Shown piece after piece: positions 38,484-52,300 of a DNA stretch of 64,000 bases (position 1 is its first letter; every line of letters begins with the position of its first letter). The position numbers and the translations under genes were made by a program. The notes beneath the pieces are model-generated. The model ran no database searches. It was not told where the DNA came from and worked only from the letters and a program-made list of their open reading frames with translations. Source of the DNA: Eledone cirrhosa (Eukaryota). Location: positions 92,938,001 to 93,002,000 of the forward strand of contig OZ024740.1 of NCBI GenBank assembly GCA_964016885.1, in the 5' to 3' direction.

Positions 38484-40658
38484 AACGAAGGAAACGGGGT
38501 AAGGAACCAGATGGACCATAACGCACCAAAGTACTCAATACTTAGGGTAGTTGAGTGGGTAATAAGAACAAGTAGAACCCCGAATACTGAGCTCAAACCT
38601 TTTCGGCGGCTAATTCTGGACTAAATGAACATTTTTATTCTGGTAAATGAATAGCCGATACTCTCAGGGGGTAATATTCCATATATGGTAAATGTGATTG
38701 TCACAAGGATTGGTCAAAAGTTTGTTGTTGAGACACACAATTATATCATGCCATTTTGTGGAAGGAAGGGGTAGCTGAACTTGCCAGTAGAAGAAAGAGG
38801 GAGAGGGAGTGTAGGTAACCCAGTCGCGCGTTGAAAGTGACGACTACAGCAAAATCCTAAGGATAATAGGTGTAGAGGGGGAGGGGAGGGGGGAAGTCGA
38901 AACAATAAGTAGATCTATATGGAGTAAATCTATATAGAAAAATACGCATTTAAAAATATCAAAAAACAATTTCTGGTTACTATTCCCCTACCACAATCAT
39001 CAAATGTCTCACTGGTACTGCTAAATAATAGAAAAGTTTAATAGGTGGGGCGGGATACTAAATACGAGATTGTAGTGAAAGCATTTTATGAGTTAGTAGT
39101 ACTCGGCCTAATCTATCTTACAATGACAGGTCAACAAGTAGGGGGGCAAAATACTGAAAAAAAAAAACCTAATACGAAATAATAATTCAGAGTAGCGAAA
39201 TTAATACGAAATATTAATTCAGAATCCTGAAAATGAATACTAATATGATATATAAGAGTACCGCTACAATACAGAAATTCTACTGCAAACTACATAAATG
39301 CTCGTATGATATATAAGAAAAAATGAATACGAAAAATTAATTCAGAATCTCTCCCCCCCCAAAAAATAAAATACTGATATACGAGAAACTAAAGCAGAGA
39401 TATCACTAAGAAATCTAGAAATCACGGAAATGGGGCAGCAATCAGATAAGAAAGCAAGTATCTGGGGTCTAACACATCTGCTATAAAAACCGGAGTCGGC
39501 CAATTCTATCATAGAATGGGGGGGGGGGGGGTACTGAGGCTACGTAGGGCCGAAGGACTGCTCGTGGTGGGCGAGAATGTGAAAAGAACGACGACAAAGA
39601 AGGAGAACTGGGGTGGAAGGACTAGGAAGAGATGGGGGAAGGAGGAAATATAGAGGAGACGATCAAAAATATATAAGAAAATATTACGTCTTCCTTTGTA
39701 AACAGTGTTTACCCATTACAAAGTCGGCAAGTGGAGTGTTACAGCCCTTGTCTACCCCCCCCCCCCTCCCCCCGGGTCATTATGGGGTTTGAGGGCGAGG
39801 TAAGTCCTACGCAATATGTGTTTGAATGCAGTTACCAGTTCGTATTACTTGTTTAAGAGTTGGTCCGTCGAAAACAGATTCTGAATTACTTTTTCGTATT
39901 AATTTTTTCTTATATATCATACGAGCATTTATATAGTTTGCATTAGAATTTATGTATTGTAGCGGTACTCTTATATATCGTATTATTATTCATTTTCGGG
40001 ATTCTGAATTAATATTTCGTATTAGTTCCGGGACTCTGAATTATTATTTCGTATTAGGTTTAGTTTTTTTTAGTATTTTGGCCCCCTACTTGTTGACCTG
40101 TCATTGTAAGATAGATTAGGCCGAGTACTACTAACTCATAAAATTCTTTCACTACAATCTATCTCGTATTTAGTATCCCGCCCCACCTATTAAACGTTTC
40201 TATAGTTTAGCAGTACCTATGAGAGATTTGATGATTGTGGTAGGGGAATAGTAACAGAAATTGTGTTTTTTTTATATTTTTAACATTTTTATATATCTAT
40301 ATAGATTTACTCCATATAGATCTACTTATTCTTTCGACTCCCCCCTCCCCCTGTTGAACTCTTATCCTTAGGATTCTGCTGTAGTCGTCATTTTCGACGC
40401 ACGACAGGGTTTCCTCCACTCCCTCTACCTCTTTCTTCTACTGGCAAGTTCAGCTACCCCTTCCTTCCACAAAATGCCATGATAAAATGATGTGTCTCAA
40501 CAACAAACTTTTGACCAATGCTTGTGACAATCACTTTTACCATATATCGAATATTACCCCCTGAGAAACTCAACTATTCATTTACCAGGATAAAAATGTT
40601 CATTTAGTCCAGAATTAGCCGTCGAAACGGCTTGAGCTCAGCCGTCGGGGTCCTACTC

Positions 40659-40660
<2 letters not shown>
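38484..40660 (-). mobile_element. Non-coding fold-back insertion with ~780-bp arms
   Basis: Diverged inverted arms ~38570-39345 and ~39878-40660, with a unique tail at 38484-38570 next to (AT)n. Both arms have HHR-like motifs. Confidence 0.8.
40556..40651 (+). ncRNA. Hammerhead-like motif with a shortened core (CUGAGA); inverted copy at 38577-38672
   Basis: acccc CTGAGA ... tagccgtc GAAAC ggcttgagctcagcc GTC ggggt. Stem I is acccc/ggggt and stem III is a near-perfect palindrome. Stem II cggcta/tagccg is retained in the other arm. Confidence 0.5.
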
Positions 40661-41642
<982 letters not shown>

Positions 41643-41644
41643 CC

Positions 41645-42890
41645 AGCGCTCTGGTTAGATACCATTAACAACAAAAAACAAATCCTCCATTCCCATTATG
41701 CCAAACCCATGACTTCCAAACATCTGATCCACCGAAACTCGGCCGTTTCGGACCATACCAAAATCAACATACTGATTGCGGATTTGGTACGGGTGATGAG
41801 AAATGTGTCCCGCATGTGCAACCCCGAAGAACTAGAGAGACACATACAACACTTCATCAACCGTATGCAGTTCTCTGGCTACAATCAGAGAGATAAAATC
41901 AGAGTGTATAGAGGAGCCAGAACCAAATGGGAAAAAATGGTAAATAATGACATAAATGGGACCTGCCCCTTGTATAGGAGCAAATTTTGGAATAGAATAG
42001 AAAGAACTAGAAACAAGGCTAATAGAATAAACTCATGGTATGATAGCAATAAATACTAGAGTGTAATGTTCATCGATACAACCCCTAGAGGTGAATTAGC
42101 TTACAAATTTAGAAGGTCCCTAAATAAACATAAACTCACTATTAAGATAGTAGAAAGACCAGGTACCTCCGTAAAAACACTTATTAGCAAGACATACTCT
42201 TTTCAAAGACCCTCATGTATAGATAAGAAATGTATAACCTGTAAAATAAGCCCCCATATTAACTGTAAAACTAGAAATGTAGTGTATAGCATAAGATGTA
42301 CTGAAGGACAATGTAGAGACAAACATATAGTATACATAGGTGAGACAGCTCGTATTGTAGGGGAACGGATAAATGAACACTGGCGAGACCTTCAAGATAG
42401 TAAATAATCATCTGTACTCTACCAACATGCTAAAATAGAACACAAGGGTAAATTAGAGAACATAGAAATAAAAATAGAATCTACACACAGAAAAGACGCA
42501 ACGTTTAGACAAATTACAGAGGCAATAAACATAAAAGAATTACAACCAAAATTAAATAGAAAATATGAGTGGAACAGCAACATCACAACTTACAATTAAG
42601 GACAAAATGAAAACACACACACACATAGAAAAAACAACCAACCAGTAACATGTAAATAAACAAATAAATAAATGAACATAAACACACACAGACACCCGGA
42701 TGTGGCGCATGCGCAGACTAAGCACACAACACACACACAGAAACAAAATGGCGTAGGACAGAACAAAAGAGAGGCACAGAAACAAAGAAAGGAACCCCCA
42801 GTCACTGAAGAGGTCACAGAGTGTGTGACGAAAGAACTATGACTATATATAAACAACTCTCTGGTTGTGGAACGAACCAACCAACCAGAA
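41645..42890 (+). mobile_element. 5'-truncated Penelope-like element (RT thumb, GIY-YIG, 3' UTR)
   Basis: HYAKPMTSKHLIHRNSA...LVRVMRNVS...RMQFSGY...PLYRSK, then IVERPG...CIDKKCITC...CKTRNVVYSIRC...YIGETAR...RINEH, with in-frame stops. There is an HHR in the 3' UTR. Confidence 0.85.
42800..42844 (+). ncRNA. Minimal type I hammerhead ribozyme in the PLE 3' UTR
   Basis: agtca CTGAAGA g gtcaca-gagtg-tgtgac GAAA gaac TA tgact. Stem I is 5 bp, stem II is 6 bp, and the triplet is CUA. Confidence 0.72.
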
Positions 42891-43054
42891 ATTTATAAAT
42901 TTATAAATTTATTATAAATTTATTATAATAAATTGAAGTGAAAGCACCTGGTGCGTGTGTTTCTTATTGGAAACATGACCCTCCCAAAGTATAACAATAT
43001 CGGTTTCAACACACGATTTCAGATAAAGAATCTTGCTAAACAAATTCAAAAACG

Positions 43055-43169
<115 letters not shown>

Positions 43170-43514
43170 CATATATATATATGTATATATATATATATAC
43201 ATAGTATATTTGGCGGCAATAAAGCGTATGTACATATATATTTGTATATATATATTAAGAGCCTGGGGACATATGTCCCAAGGCTCTAAAACCATTAACA
43301 CCATAAACATGAGGTCATAGACATTCAATAGCTATCATCGAAATATATATAACAGTAAATAATGGATTATGATCATGCAATTGACTTATGTTTCGTCACT
43401 ATTACAACTCCGGAATGTATATCTTCGTTGAGTGCTCCCTATCCGCATATTGAAGTACTCAATACTTAGGGTAGTAGAATGGGTAATAGGAACAAGTAGG
43501 ACCCCGACCTACAT

Positions 43515-43567
43515 ACATACATGTATACATACGTACAGTAGTGTGTAGATATATATATACATGCACA

Positions 43568-43608
<41 letters not shown>

Positions 43609-43885
43609 GCATGGATTCACCGAACATTTATTATAATGCTCGGTATACGGTATACGGTGCTGACGATAGCTAATAAGCTTGAAACTAGTACATCGTTCTT
43701 TTGTCAGTGTTGAACACAAGGGCAACGATGGTTTCTAAACACTGGACGGCTTAAATCGTGATGTTTGTTTACAAAGACACCGAGCATTATAATGAATATT
43801 AGGTGAATCCATACGTACATATATATCTATGTGTGTGCATTTATGTATATATATACATACTACTGTACGTCTGTATACATATATG
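43515..43885. repeat. Diverged inverted repeat with ~120-bp arms
   Basis: atgtacgcatggattcacc...ttataatgctcggt pairs with accgagcattataa...ggtgaatccatacgtacat. Confidence 0.8.
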
Positions 43886-43989
43886 CATGTACGTATACAT
43901 ACTTATATTTAAGTAACAGCCGTACTAAGAGTGTGAAATGAAATTTCGTTTCAGTTTCCGTTTATATATATATATATATATATACAGTA

Positions 43990-44044
43990 TATGTTTAGAG
44001 TGGGAGGGATGGGGAGAGAGAGAAAGAGAGGGAAATAGAGAGAG

Positions 44045-44084
<40 letters not shown>

Positions 44085-45344
44085 ATAAATAAAATAAAGA
44101 GGGGGGAGGAGAAGAAAATAAAAGACATCAAAAGAAAAAGGAGAGAGAAAAAAGGAAGAAAACGAAAATGAATAGAAAAGGAATGAAGGAGAAGGGTGGG
44201 ATATAGGTATTGGTTTTTGTGGGTAATTAAAGAGGTTGTATACAATAAGAGGGTAGAAAGTCTAAGTATATGCATTTTGTCAGGTGGTAGCAAGAGGTTA
44301 AGGGTTAGATTTGGACTTGTAGTGCATATCGGAGTGGTATGAGAAGCTGTCGATTATGTGACTTTGATCTGTTCCACATTTTCAGTTCGAAGAATGAGTT
44401 ACTCAAAAATACAATCGAAAGATCCATTTATTGTAACCATAGCCTCAAAGAAAATGTTCGCACTACAAGTGAAAATCGAACCCTTAACCTCTTACTACCA
44501 CCTGACAAACTGCATATACTTAGACTTTCTACCCTCTTATTGAATACAACCCCTTTAATTACAAACAAAAAACAATACCTATATCCCTCCAATCTCCTTC
44601 ATTCCTTTTCTATTTCTTTTCGTTTTCTTCCTTTCTTCTCTCTCCTTTTTTTGTCTTTTATTTTCTTCTTTCTCTCCTCTTCTCTCTTTATTTATTTTTG
44701 TTTTTTTAAATATATATATATTTATTTATCTATCAATCTCTCCCCTCCCCTTCACGCTCTCTCCGTCTCTCTCTCTCTCTCTCTCCATCCCTCCCAATAT
44801 AAACAATTTAATTCCCTTTAACTCACTACACACTAAATCGACGACATCATGTCTACATATATCAAAACTGATCAAAGATTCCTTCCACCTCTACCCCTCC
44901 CCATCGCAGTTTGTCACCCTACTGCCTATTTCTTCTCCCCATCTCTCTATCTATAATATTCCCTTTGTCCCTCCATTTTCTAATTCCTCTGCCTCTCTCT
45001 CGCTATACTAGCAAATACAATTCCAAAAAATGTTTTATATTAAGAACGTGTTAAGAGTAACTTATTCACTATTTTAAAAACTGGACGTGTACAACAATTA
45101 TTATTGAGTGGCTGCTATTTGCAGTATAGCAATATAAGGTTGCACTTACCAATGAAACGGTCGAAAATACCTGGATAAAATCCTTCTATTTTTTAATGCT
45201 TACCTGTGTTTTCTCTTTTATCCTTTACACTCGAAGATTGAACGTGACTCCTACAAACTTGTGAAGTTAGCCCTAACAGTACATTGACACCGTCCATCAA
45301 ACTTAACCACGAGCTGGATTTCAGTAAGCAATTTTCTGCTTCCC

Positions 45345-45348
<4 letters not shown>
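43990..45348 (+). mobile_element. Heavily truncated PLE with a 5' inversion
   Basis: Inverted arms ~43990-44325 and ~44460-44805. The spacer encodes RSCRLCDFDLFHIFSSKNELLKNTIERSIYCNH, similar to the CNLC...LLN...CPH end of the PLE at 23102-23455. (AT)n lies on both sides. Confidence 0.65.
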
Positions 45349-45385
<37 letters not shown>

Positions 45386-45671
45386 AAATAACGAAACGAA
45401 ATTAAATTTCGTTTCGTTTATAACTCACTTTTGTATGACTGACGCTTAAACAATTAAGTTAAAAATGTACATCCACATATGTATACTGAAATACTAGTAT
45501 GCATATGAATACACACACGTGTACATATGTAGATGTACCGAGTTTTCACTGGTCACTTTACTGTGAGTGTCCAGCTATTCTGTATGTAAACACACAGACA
45601 AACCGGTTTTTAGAGTCATAATGGTTTTTGAGGAAACACCTTTCCTCTATTCTCCAGAAAGCCAGACAAGG

Positions 45672-45716
45672 AATATTGGACTAGTTTCGATGTTGTTACA
45701 TCTCATCAGCAATATT
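45672..45716 (-). ncRNA. Canonical minimal type I hammerhead ribozyme
   Basis: Minus strand: aatattg CTGATGA gatgt-aaca-acatc GAAAC ta GTC caatatt. Stem I is 7 bp, stem II is 5 bp, stem III is the palindrome ACTAGT, and the triplet is GUC. Confidence 0.9.
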
Positions 45717-46136
45717 TACCTATCTTCCGGCCTCTCTAGAGAATCGTGAAAGCACATATCGTTATATGCTTTTTCTATGAAAATTAGTAGTGGGCAGACC
45801 AACTTGCATAGAGTGTGAGTACGTACCGGTTCAACGGAGACGATAAAAACAAATAACGAAACGAAATTAAATTTCGTTTCGTTTGTAACTCACTTTTGTA
45901 TGACTGACGCTTAAACAATTAAGTTAAAAATGTGCATCCACATATGTATACTGAAATACTAGTATGCATATGAATACACATACGTGTACATATGTAGATG
46001 TACCGAGTTTTCACTGGTCACTTTACTGTGAGTGTCCAGCTATTCTGTATGTAAACACACAGACAAACCGGTTTTTAGAGTCATACTGGTTTTTGAGGAA
46101 ACACCTTTCCTCTATTCCCCAGAAAGCCAGACAAGG

Positions 46137-46177
46137 AATATTGGACTAGTTTCGATGTTGTTACATCTCATCAGCAA
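46137..46177 (-). ncRNA. Hammerhead copy with stem I truncated by the inversion junction
   Basis: Same core as 45672-45716, but only ttg of the 5' strand of stem I remains. Confidence 0.75.
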
Positions 46178-46553
46178 AAACCAGTATGACTCTAAAAACC
46201 GGTTTGTCTGTGTGTTTACATACAGAATAGCTGGACACTCACAGTAAAGTGACCAGTGAAAACTCGGTACATCTACATATGTACACGTGTGTGTATTCAT
46301 ATGCATACTAGTATTTCAGTATACACATGTGGATGTACATTTTTAACTTAATTGTTTAAGCGTCAGTCATACAAAAGTGAGTTACAAACGAAACAAAATT
46401 TAATTTCGTTTCGTTATTTGTTTTTATCGTCTCCGTTGAACCGGTACGTACTCACGCTCTATGCAAGTTGGTCTGCCCACTACTAATTTTCATAGAAAAA
46501 GCATATAACGATATGTGCTTTCACGATTCTCTAGAGAGGCCGGAAGATAGGTA

Positions 46554-46598
46554 AATATTGCTGATGAGATGTAACAACATCGAAACTAGTCTAATATT
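46554..46598 (+). ncRNA. Canonical minimal type I hammerhead ribozyme
   Basis: aatattg CTGATGA gatgtaacaacatc GAAAC ta GTC taatatt, with a G-U pair at the base of stem I. Confidence 0.88.
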
Positions 46599-47019
46599 CC
46601 TTGTCTGGCTTTCTGGAAAAATAGGGGAAAGATGTTTCCTCAAAAACCAGTATGACTCTAAAAACCGGTTTGTCTGTGTGTTTACATACAGAATAGCTGG
46701 ACACTCACAGTAAAGTGACCAGTGAAAACTCGGTACATCTACATATGTACACGTGTGTGTATTCATATGCATACTAGTATTTCAGTATACATATGTGGAT
46801 GTACATTTTTAACTTAATTGTTTAAGCGTCAGTCATACAAAAGTGAGTTACAAACGAAACGAAATTTAATTTCGTTTCGTTATTTGTTTTTATCGTCTCC
46901 GTTGAACCGGTACGTACTCACGCTCTATGCAAGTTGGTCTGCCCACTACTAATTTTCATAGGAAAAGCATATAACGATATGTGCTTTCACGATTCTCTAG
47001 AGAGGCCGGAAGATAGATA

Positions 47020-47064
47020 AATATTGCTGATGAGATGTAACAACATCGAAACAAGTCCAATATT
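47020..47064 (+). ncRNA. Minimal type I hammerhead ribozyme (loop 3 variant)
   Basis: aatattg CTGATGA gatgtaacaacatc GAAAC aa GTC caatatt. Confidence 0.85.
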
Positions 47065-47281
47065 CCTTGTCTGGCTTTCTGGAGAATAGAGGAAAGGTGT
47101 TTCCTCAAAAACCAGTATGACTCTAAAAACCGGTTTGTCTGTGTGTTTACATACAGAATAGCTGGACACTCACAGTAAAGTGAACAGTGAAAACTCGGTA
47201 CATCTACATATGTACACGTGTGTGTATTCATATGCATACTAGTATTTCAGTATACATATGTGGATGTACATTTTTAACTTA

Positions 47282-47353
<72 letters not shown>

Positions 47354-47438
47354 GAAACATTGAACGGGAACAAAACAGAGAGGCAGTACAACAAGTGTTT
47401 ATTAATTTCACGCTCTTGATAGTGGGGTGGTGGTGGGG

Positions 47439-47472
47439 AACGACGTTTCGAGCATAAGCCCTTCTTCAGGTT
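47439..47472 (-). ncRNA. Minimal PLE-type hammerhead in a ~240-bp island between (AT)n tracts
   Basis: Minus strand: aac CTGAAGA a gggc-ttat-gctc GAAAC GTC gtt. The ACGT stem III can only form as a dimer. Confidence 0.65.
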
Positions 47473-47586
47473 AAAAGTGTGTGGGAATAGAGTTCAAAGG
47501 GTGTGTATAGGGAGTGGTGGAGAGACATATAGCAAAATGGGGGTGAGAGGAAACGGTGCAAATGAAATTAAAAATAAAGGCATGAT

Positions 47587-47621
<35 letters not shown>

Positions 47622-47626
<5 letters not shown>

Positions 47627-48430
47627 GTTAACATATACATAAAGTTATAGATATATACATGGTGCAACTGGTCACTTTTAAGCTCTATGAAGAATTAATA
47701 AATTAAAAATCAGAGCAATATATCATAAATCATGTCTTTAGAATCATCAGATAAAATATATAATATTTCTTCATCTAATTAGCATAATTAAGCATATAAA
47801 AAATCAATTTTGACCAAGCTATAAGAATAAAGGCTCTTATGGAGAAATCTCCGACAAATAGCCGAACGTAGCTCTTCGCGGTGGCCCCGATCGAGTATTT
47901 ATCCAACATTTCGACAGCATGTAGAAACTGACTAAATATATCATCAACCTTACTCAATTAGGTGTAAAATTAAACTTAGAAGAAATGCGTACATACCGTA
48001 ATTATATCTCTACCATGGTTTCATCCGTATTTTTAGACATCCAAATAATAGGAATGTCCTGAGTTAGGATTCATCAGGAGACAAACTCAGAATCAGACAT
48101 CTAGTTTTTCAATCCGATCCCGCCAAAAATATATTCAAAAATGGCTAAAAATCGCTATGTGGCTGTGGTGAAGCCAGAAAGAATGTGATTGATTGCTTAC
48201 GGCGGCTAGGCTTGCTGCTAGAAAGAGCAGCCACATATTGCCAAATTTAATCTCAACCTATCGGGAGATTATTAAATATAAAGGTTAACATATACATAAA
48301 GTTATAGATATATACATGTTGCAACTGGTCACTTTTAAGTTATATGAACAATTAATAAATTAAAAAATCAGAGCAATATATCATAAATCATGTCTTTAGA
48401 ATCATCAGATAAAATATATACTATTTCTTC
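47622..48430 (-). repeat. Inverted ~1.2 monomers of the 660-bp satellite at the array start
   Basis: Reverse complement of the array monomer. aaaggttaacatatacat recurs ~658 bp apart, and the block abuts (AT)n at 47590-47622. Confidence 0.92.
48007..48081 (-). ncRNA. Type I hammerhead ribozyme, best-paired copy of the satellite motif
   Basis: Minus strand: tctc CTGATGA atcc[taactcaggacattcctattatttggatgtctaaaaatac]ggat GAAAC catg GTA gaga. Confidence 0.78.
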
Positions 48431-49291
48431 TGGCGATATTTAGTATCATAAAATAAAATATATACTATTTCTTTTGGCGATATTTGGCTGCGCTTTCTTG
48501 CAGCAAGCCTACCCGCCGTAAGCAAACAATCACATTCTTTCTGGCTTGACCACAGCTACATAGAGATTCTTAGCCATTATTGAATCTATTTTTGGTGGGA
48601 TTGGATTGAAAAGCTATATGTCTGATTTTGAGTTTCTCTCCTGTTGAATCCTAACTCAGGACATTCCTATTATTTGGATGTCTAAAAATAAGGAAGAAAC
48701 CATGGTAGAGATATAATTACGATATGTACCCATTTCTTCTAAGTTTAATTTTACACCTAATTATGTATGGTTGATGATATATTTAGTCAGTTTCTACATG
48801 CTGTCAAAATGTTGGATAAATACTCGATCGGGGCCACCGCGAAGAGGCTACGTTCGGCTATTTGCCGGAAACTTCTCCATAAGAGCCTTTCTTCTTAAAG
48901 CTTGGTCTAATTGATATTTTATATGGTTAATTATGCTAATTAGAAGAAAAAATAGTATATATTTTATCTGGTGATTCTAAAGACATGATTTATGATATAT
49001 TGCTCTTATTTTTAATTTATTAATTCTTCATAGAGCTTAAAAGTGACCAGTTGCAACATGTATATATCTATAACTTTATGTATATGTTAACCTCTATATT
49101 TAATAATCTCCCGATAGGTTGAGATTAAATTTGGCGATATTTGGCTGCGCTTTGTAGCAGCAAGCCTACCCGCCGTATGCAACCAAACACATTATTTCTG
49201 GCTTGACCACAGCCACATAGCGATTCTTAGCCATTATTGAATGTATTTTTGGCGGGATCGGATTGAAAAGCTAGATGTCTGATTTTGAGTT

Positions 49292-49370
49292 TGTCTCCTG
49301 ATGAATCCTAACTCAGGACATTCCTATTATTTGGATGTCTAAAAATAAGGAAGAAACCATGGTAGAGATA
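49292..49370 (+). ncRNA. Representative satellite hammerhead motif
   Basis: tgtctc CTGATGA a tcct[...gacattc-ctattattt-ggatgtc...]agga a GAAAC catg GTA gagata. Stem III is the palindrome ACCATGGT. Confidence 0.7.
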
Positions 49371-52300
49371 TAATTACGGTATGTAACATTTATTCTAAGT
49401 TTAATTTTACACGTAATTGTGTATGGCTGATGATATATTTAGTCAGTTTCTACATGCTGTCGAAATGTTGGATAAATACTCGATCGGGGCCACCGCGAAG
49501 GGGCTACGTTCGGCTATTTGTCGGAGATTTCTCCATAAGAGCCTTTCTTCTTATAGTTTGGTCTAAGTGATTTTTTATATGGTTAGTTATGCTAATTAGC
49601 AGAAAAAATAGTATATATTTTATCTGATGATTCTAAAGACATGATTTATGATATATTGCTCTGATTTTTAATTTATTAATTCTTCATAGAGCTTAAAAGT
49701 GTCCAGTTGCACCATGTATATATCTATAACTTTATGTATATGTTAACCTCTATATTTAATGATCTCCCGATAGGTTGAGATTAAATTTGGCGATATTTGG
49801 CTGCGCTTTCTAGCAGCAAGCCTACCCGCTGTAAGCAACCAATCACATTCTTTCTGGCTTGACCACAGCCACATAGCGATTCTTAGCCATTTTTGAATCT
49901 ATTTTTGGCGGGATCGGATTGAAAAACTAGATGTCTGATTTTGAGTTTGTCTCCTGATGAATAGTAACTCAGGACATTCCTAATTATTTGGATGTCTAAA
50001 AATAAGGAAGAAACCATGGTAGAGATATAATTACGGTATGTACGCATTTCTTCTAAGTTTAATTTTACACCTAATTGTGTATGGCTGATGATATATTTAG
50101 TCAGTTTCTACATGCTGTCGAAATGTTGGATAAATACTCGATCGGGGCCACCGCGAAGGGGCTACGTTCGGCTATTTGTCGGAGATTTCTCCATAAGAGC
50201 CTTTCTTCTTATAGCTTGGTCTAAGTGATTTTTTATATGGTTAATTATGATAATTAGCAGAAAAAATAGTATATATTTTATCTGATGATTCTAAAGACAT
50301 GATTTATGATATATTGCTCTGATTTTTAATTTATTAATTCTTCATAGAGCTTAAAAGTGACCAGTTGCAACATGTATATATCTATAACTTTATGTATATG
50401 TTAACCTCTATATTTAATAATCTCCTGATAGGTTGAGATTAAATTTGGCGATATTTGGCTGCGTTTTGTAGCAGCAAGCCTACCCGACGTAAGCAACCAA
50501 TCAAATTATTTCTGGCTTGACCACAGCCACATAGCGATTCTTAGCCATTTTTTAATCTATTTTTGGCCGGATCGTTTTGAAAAGCTAGACGTCTGATTTT
50601 GAGTTTGTCTCCTGATGAATCCTAACTCAGGACATTCCTATTATTTGGATGTCTAAAAATAAGGAAGAAACCATGGTAGAGATATAATTACGATATGTAC
50701 GCTTTTCTTCTAAGTTTAATTTTACACCTAATTGTGTATGGTTAATGATATATTTAGTCAGTTTCTACATGCTGTCAAAATGTTGGATAAATACTCGTTC
50801 GGGGCCACCGCGAAGAGGCTACGTTCGGCTATTTGTCGGAAATTTCTCCATAAGTGCCTTTCTTCTTATAGCTTGGTCTAAGTGATTTTGTATATGGTTA
50901 CTTATGCTAATTAGAAGAAGAAATAGTATATATTTTATCTGATGATTCTAAAGACATGATTTATGATATATTGCTCTGATTTTTTATTTATTAATTCTTC
51001 ATAGAGCTTAAAAGTGACCAGTTGCACCATGTATATATCTATAACTTTATCTATATGTTAACCTCTATATTTAATAATCTCCCGATAGGTTGAGATAATA
51101 TTTAGGCGATATTTGGCTGCGTTATGTAGCAGCACGCCTACCCGACGTATGCAATCAAACACATTATCTCTGGCTTGACCACAGCCACATAGCGATTCTT
51201 AGCCATTTTTGAATCTGTTTTTGGCGGGATCGGATCTAAAAACTAGATGTCTGACTTTGAGTTTTTCTCCTGATGAATAGTAACTCAGGACATTCCTATT
51301 ATTTGGATATCTAAAAATAAAGAAGAAAACTTGGTAGAGATATAATTACGGTATGTACGCATTTCTTCTAAGTTTAATTTTACACGTAATTGTGTATGGC
51401 TGATGATATATTTAGTCAGTTTCTACATGCTGTCGAAATGTTGGATAAATACTCGTTCGGGGCCACCGTGAAGAGGCAACGTTCGGCTATTTGTCGGAGA
51501 TTTCTCCATAAGTGCCTTTCTTATAGCTTGGTCTAATTGATATTTTATATGGTTAATTATGCTAATTAGAAGAAGAAATAGTATATATTTTATCTGATGA
51601 TTCTAAAGACATGATTTATGATATATTGCTCTGATTTTTTTTTTTTTTTATTTATTAATTCTTCATATAGCCTAAAAGTGACCAGTTGCAACATGTATAT
51701 ATCTATAACTTTATATATATGTTAACCTTTATATTTAATAATCTCCCGATTGGTTGAGATAAAGTTTGGCCATATTTGGCTGCGCATTCTAGCACCAAAC
51801 CTACCCGCCGTAAGCAACCAATCACATTCTTTCTGGCTTGACCACAGCCACATAGCGATTCTTAGCCAATTTTGAATCTATTTTTGGCGGGATCGGATTG
51901 AAAAGCTAGATGTCTGATTTTGAGTTTGTCTCCTGATGAATCCTAACTCCGGACATTCCTATTATTTGGATGTCTAAAAATAAGGAAGAAACCATAGTAG
52001 ATATAAAATTACGGTACGTACGCATTTCTTCTAAGTTTAATTTTACAGCTAATTTTGTATGGTTGATGATATATTTAATCAGTTTCTACATGCTGTCGAA
52101 ATATTGGATGAATACTCGATCGAGGCCACCGCGAAGAGGCTACGTTCGGCTATTTGTCGGAGATTTCTCCATAAGAGCCTTTCTTCTTATAGTTTGGTCT
52201 AATTGATTTTTTATATGGTTACTTATGCAAATTAGAAGAAGAAATAGTATATATTTTATCTGATGATTCTAAAGACATGATTTATGATATATCGCTGTGA

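Larger units (their letters stand above)
45381..47285. repeat. 465/466-bp hammerhead-containing tandem repeat (retrozyme-like): ~1.7 monomers inverted against ~2.4 monomers
   Basis: The period is seen from HHR positions 46554/47020 and 45672/46137. The inversion point is ~46175, and (AT)n lies at both ends. Confidence 0.92.
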
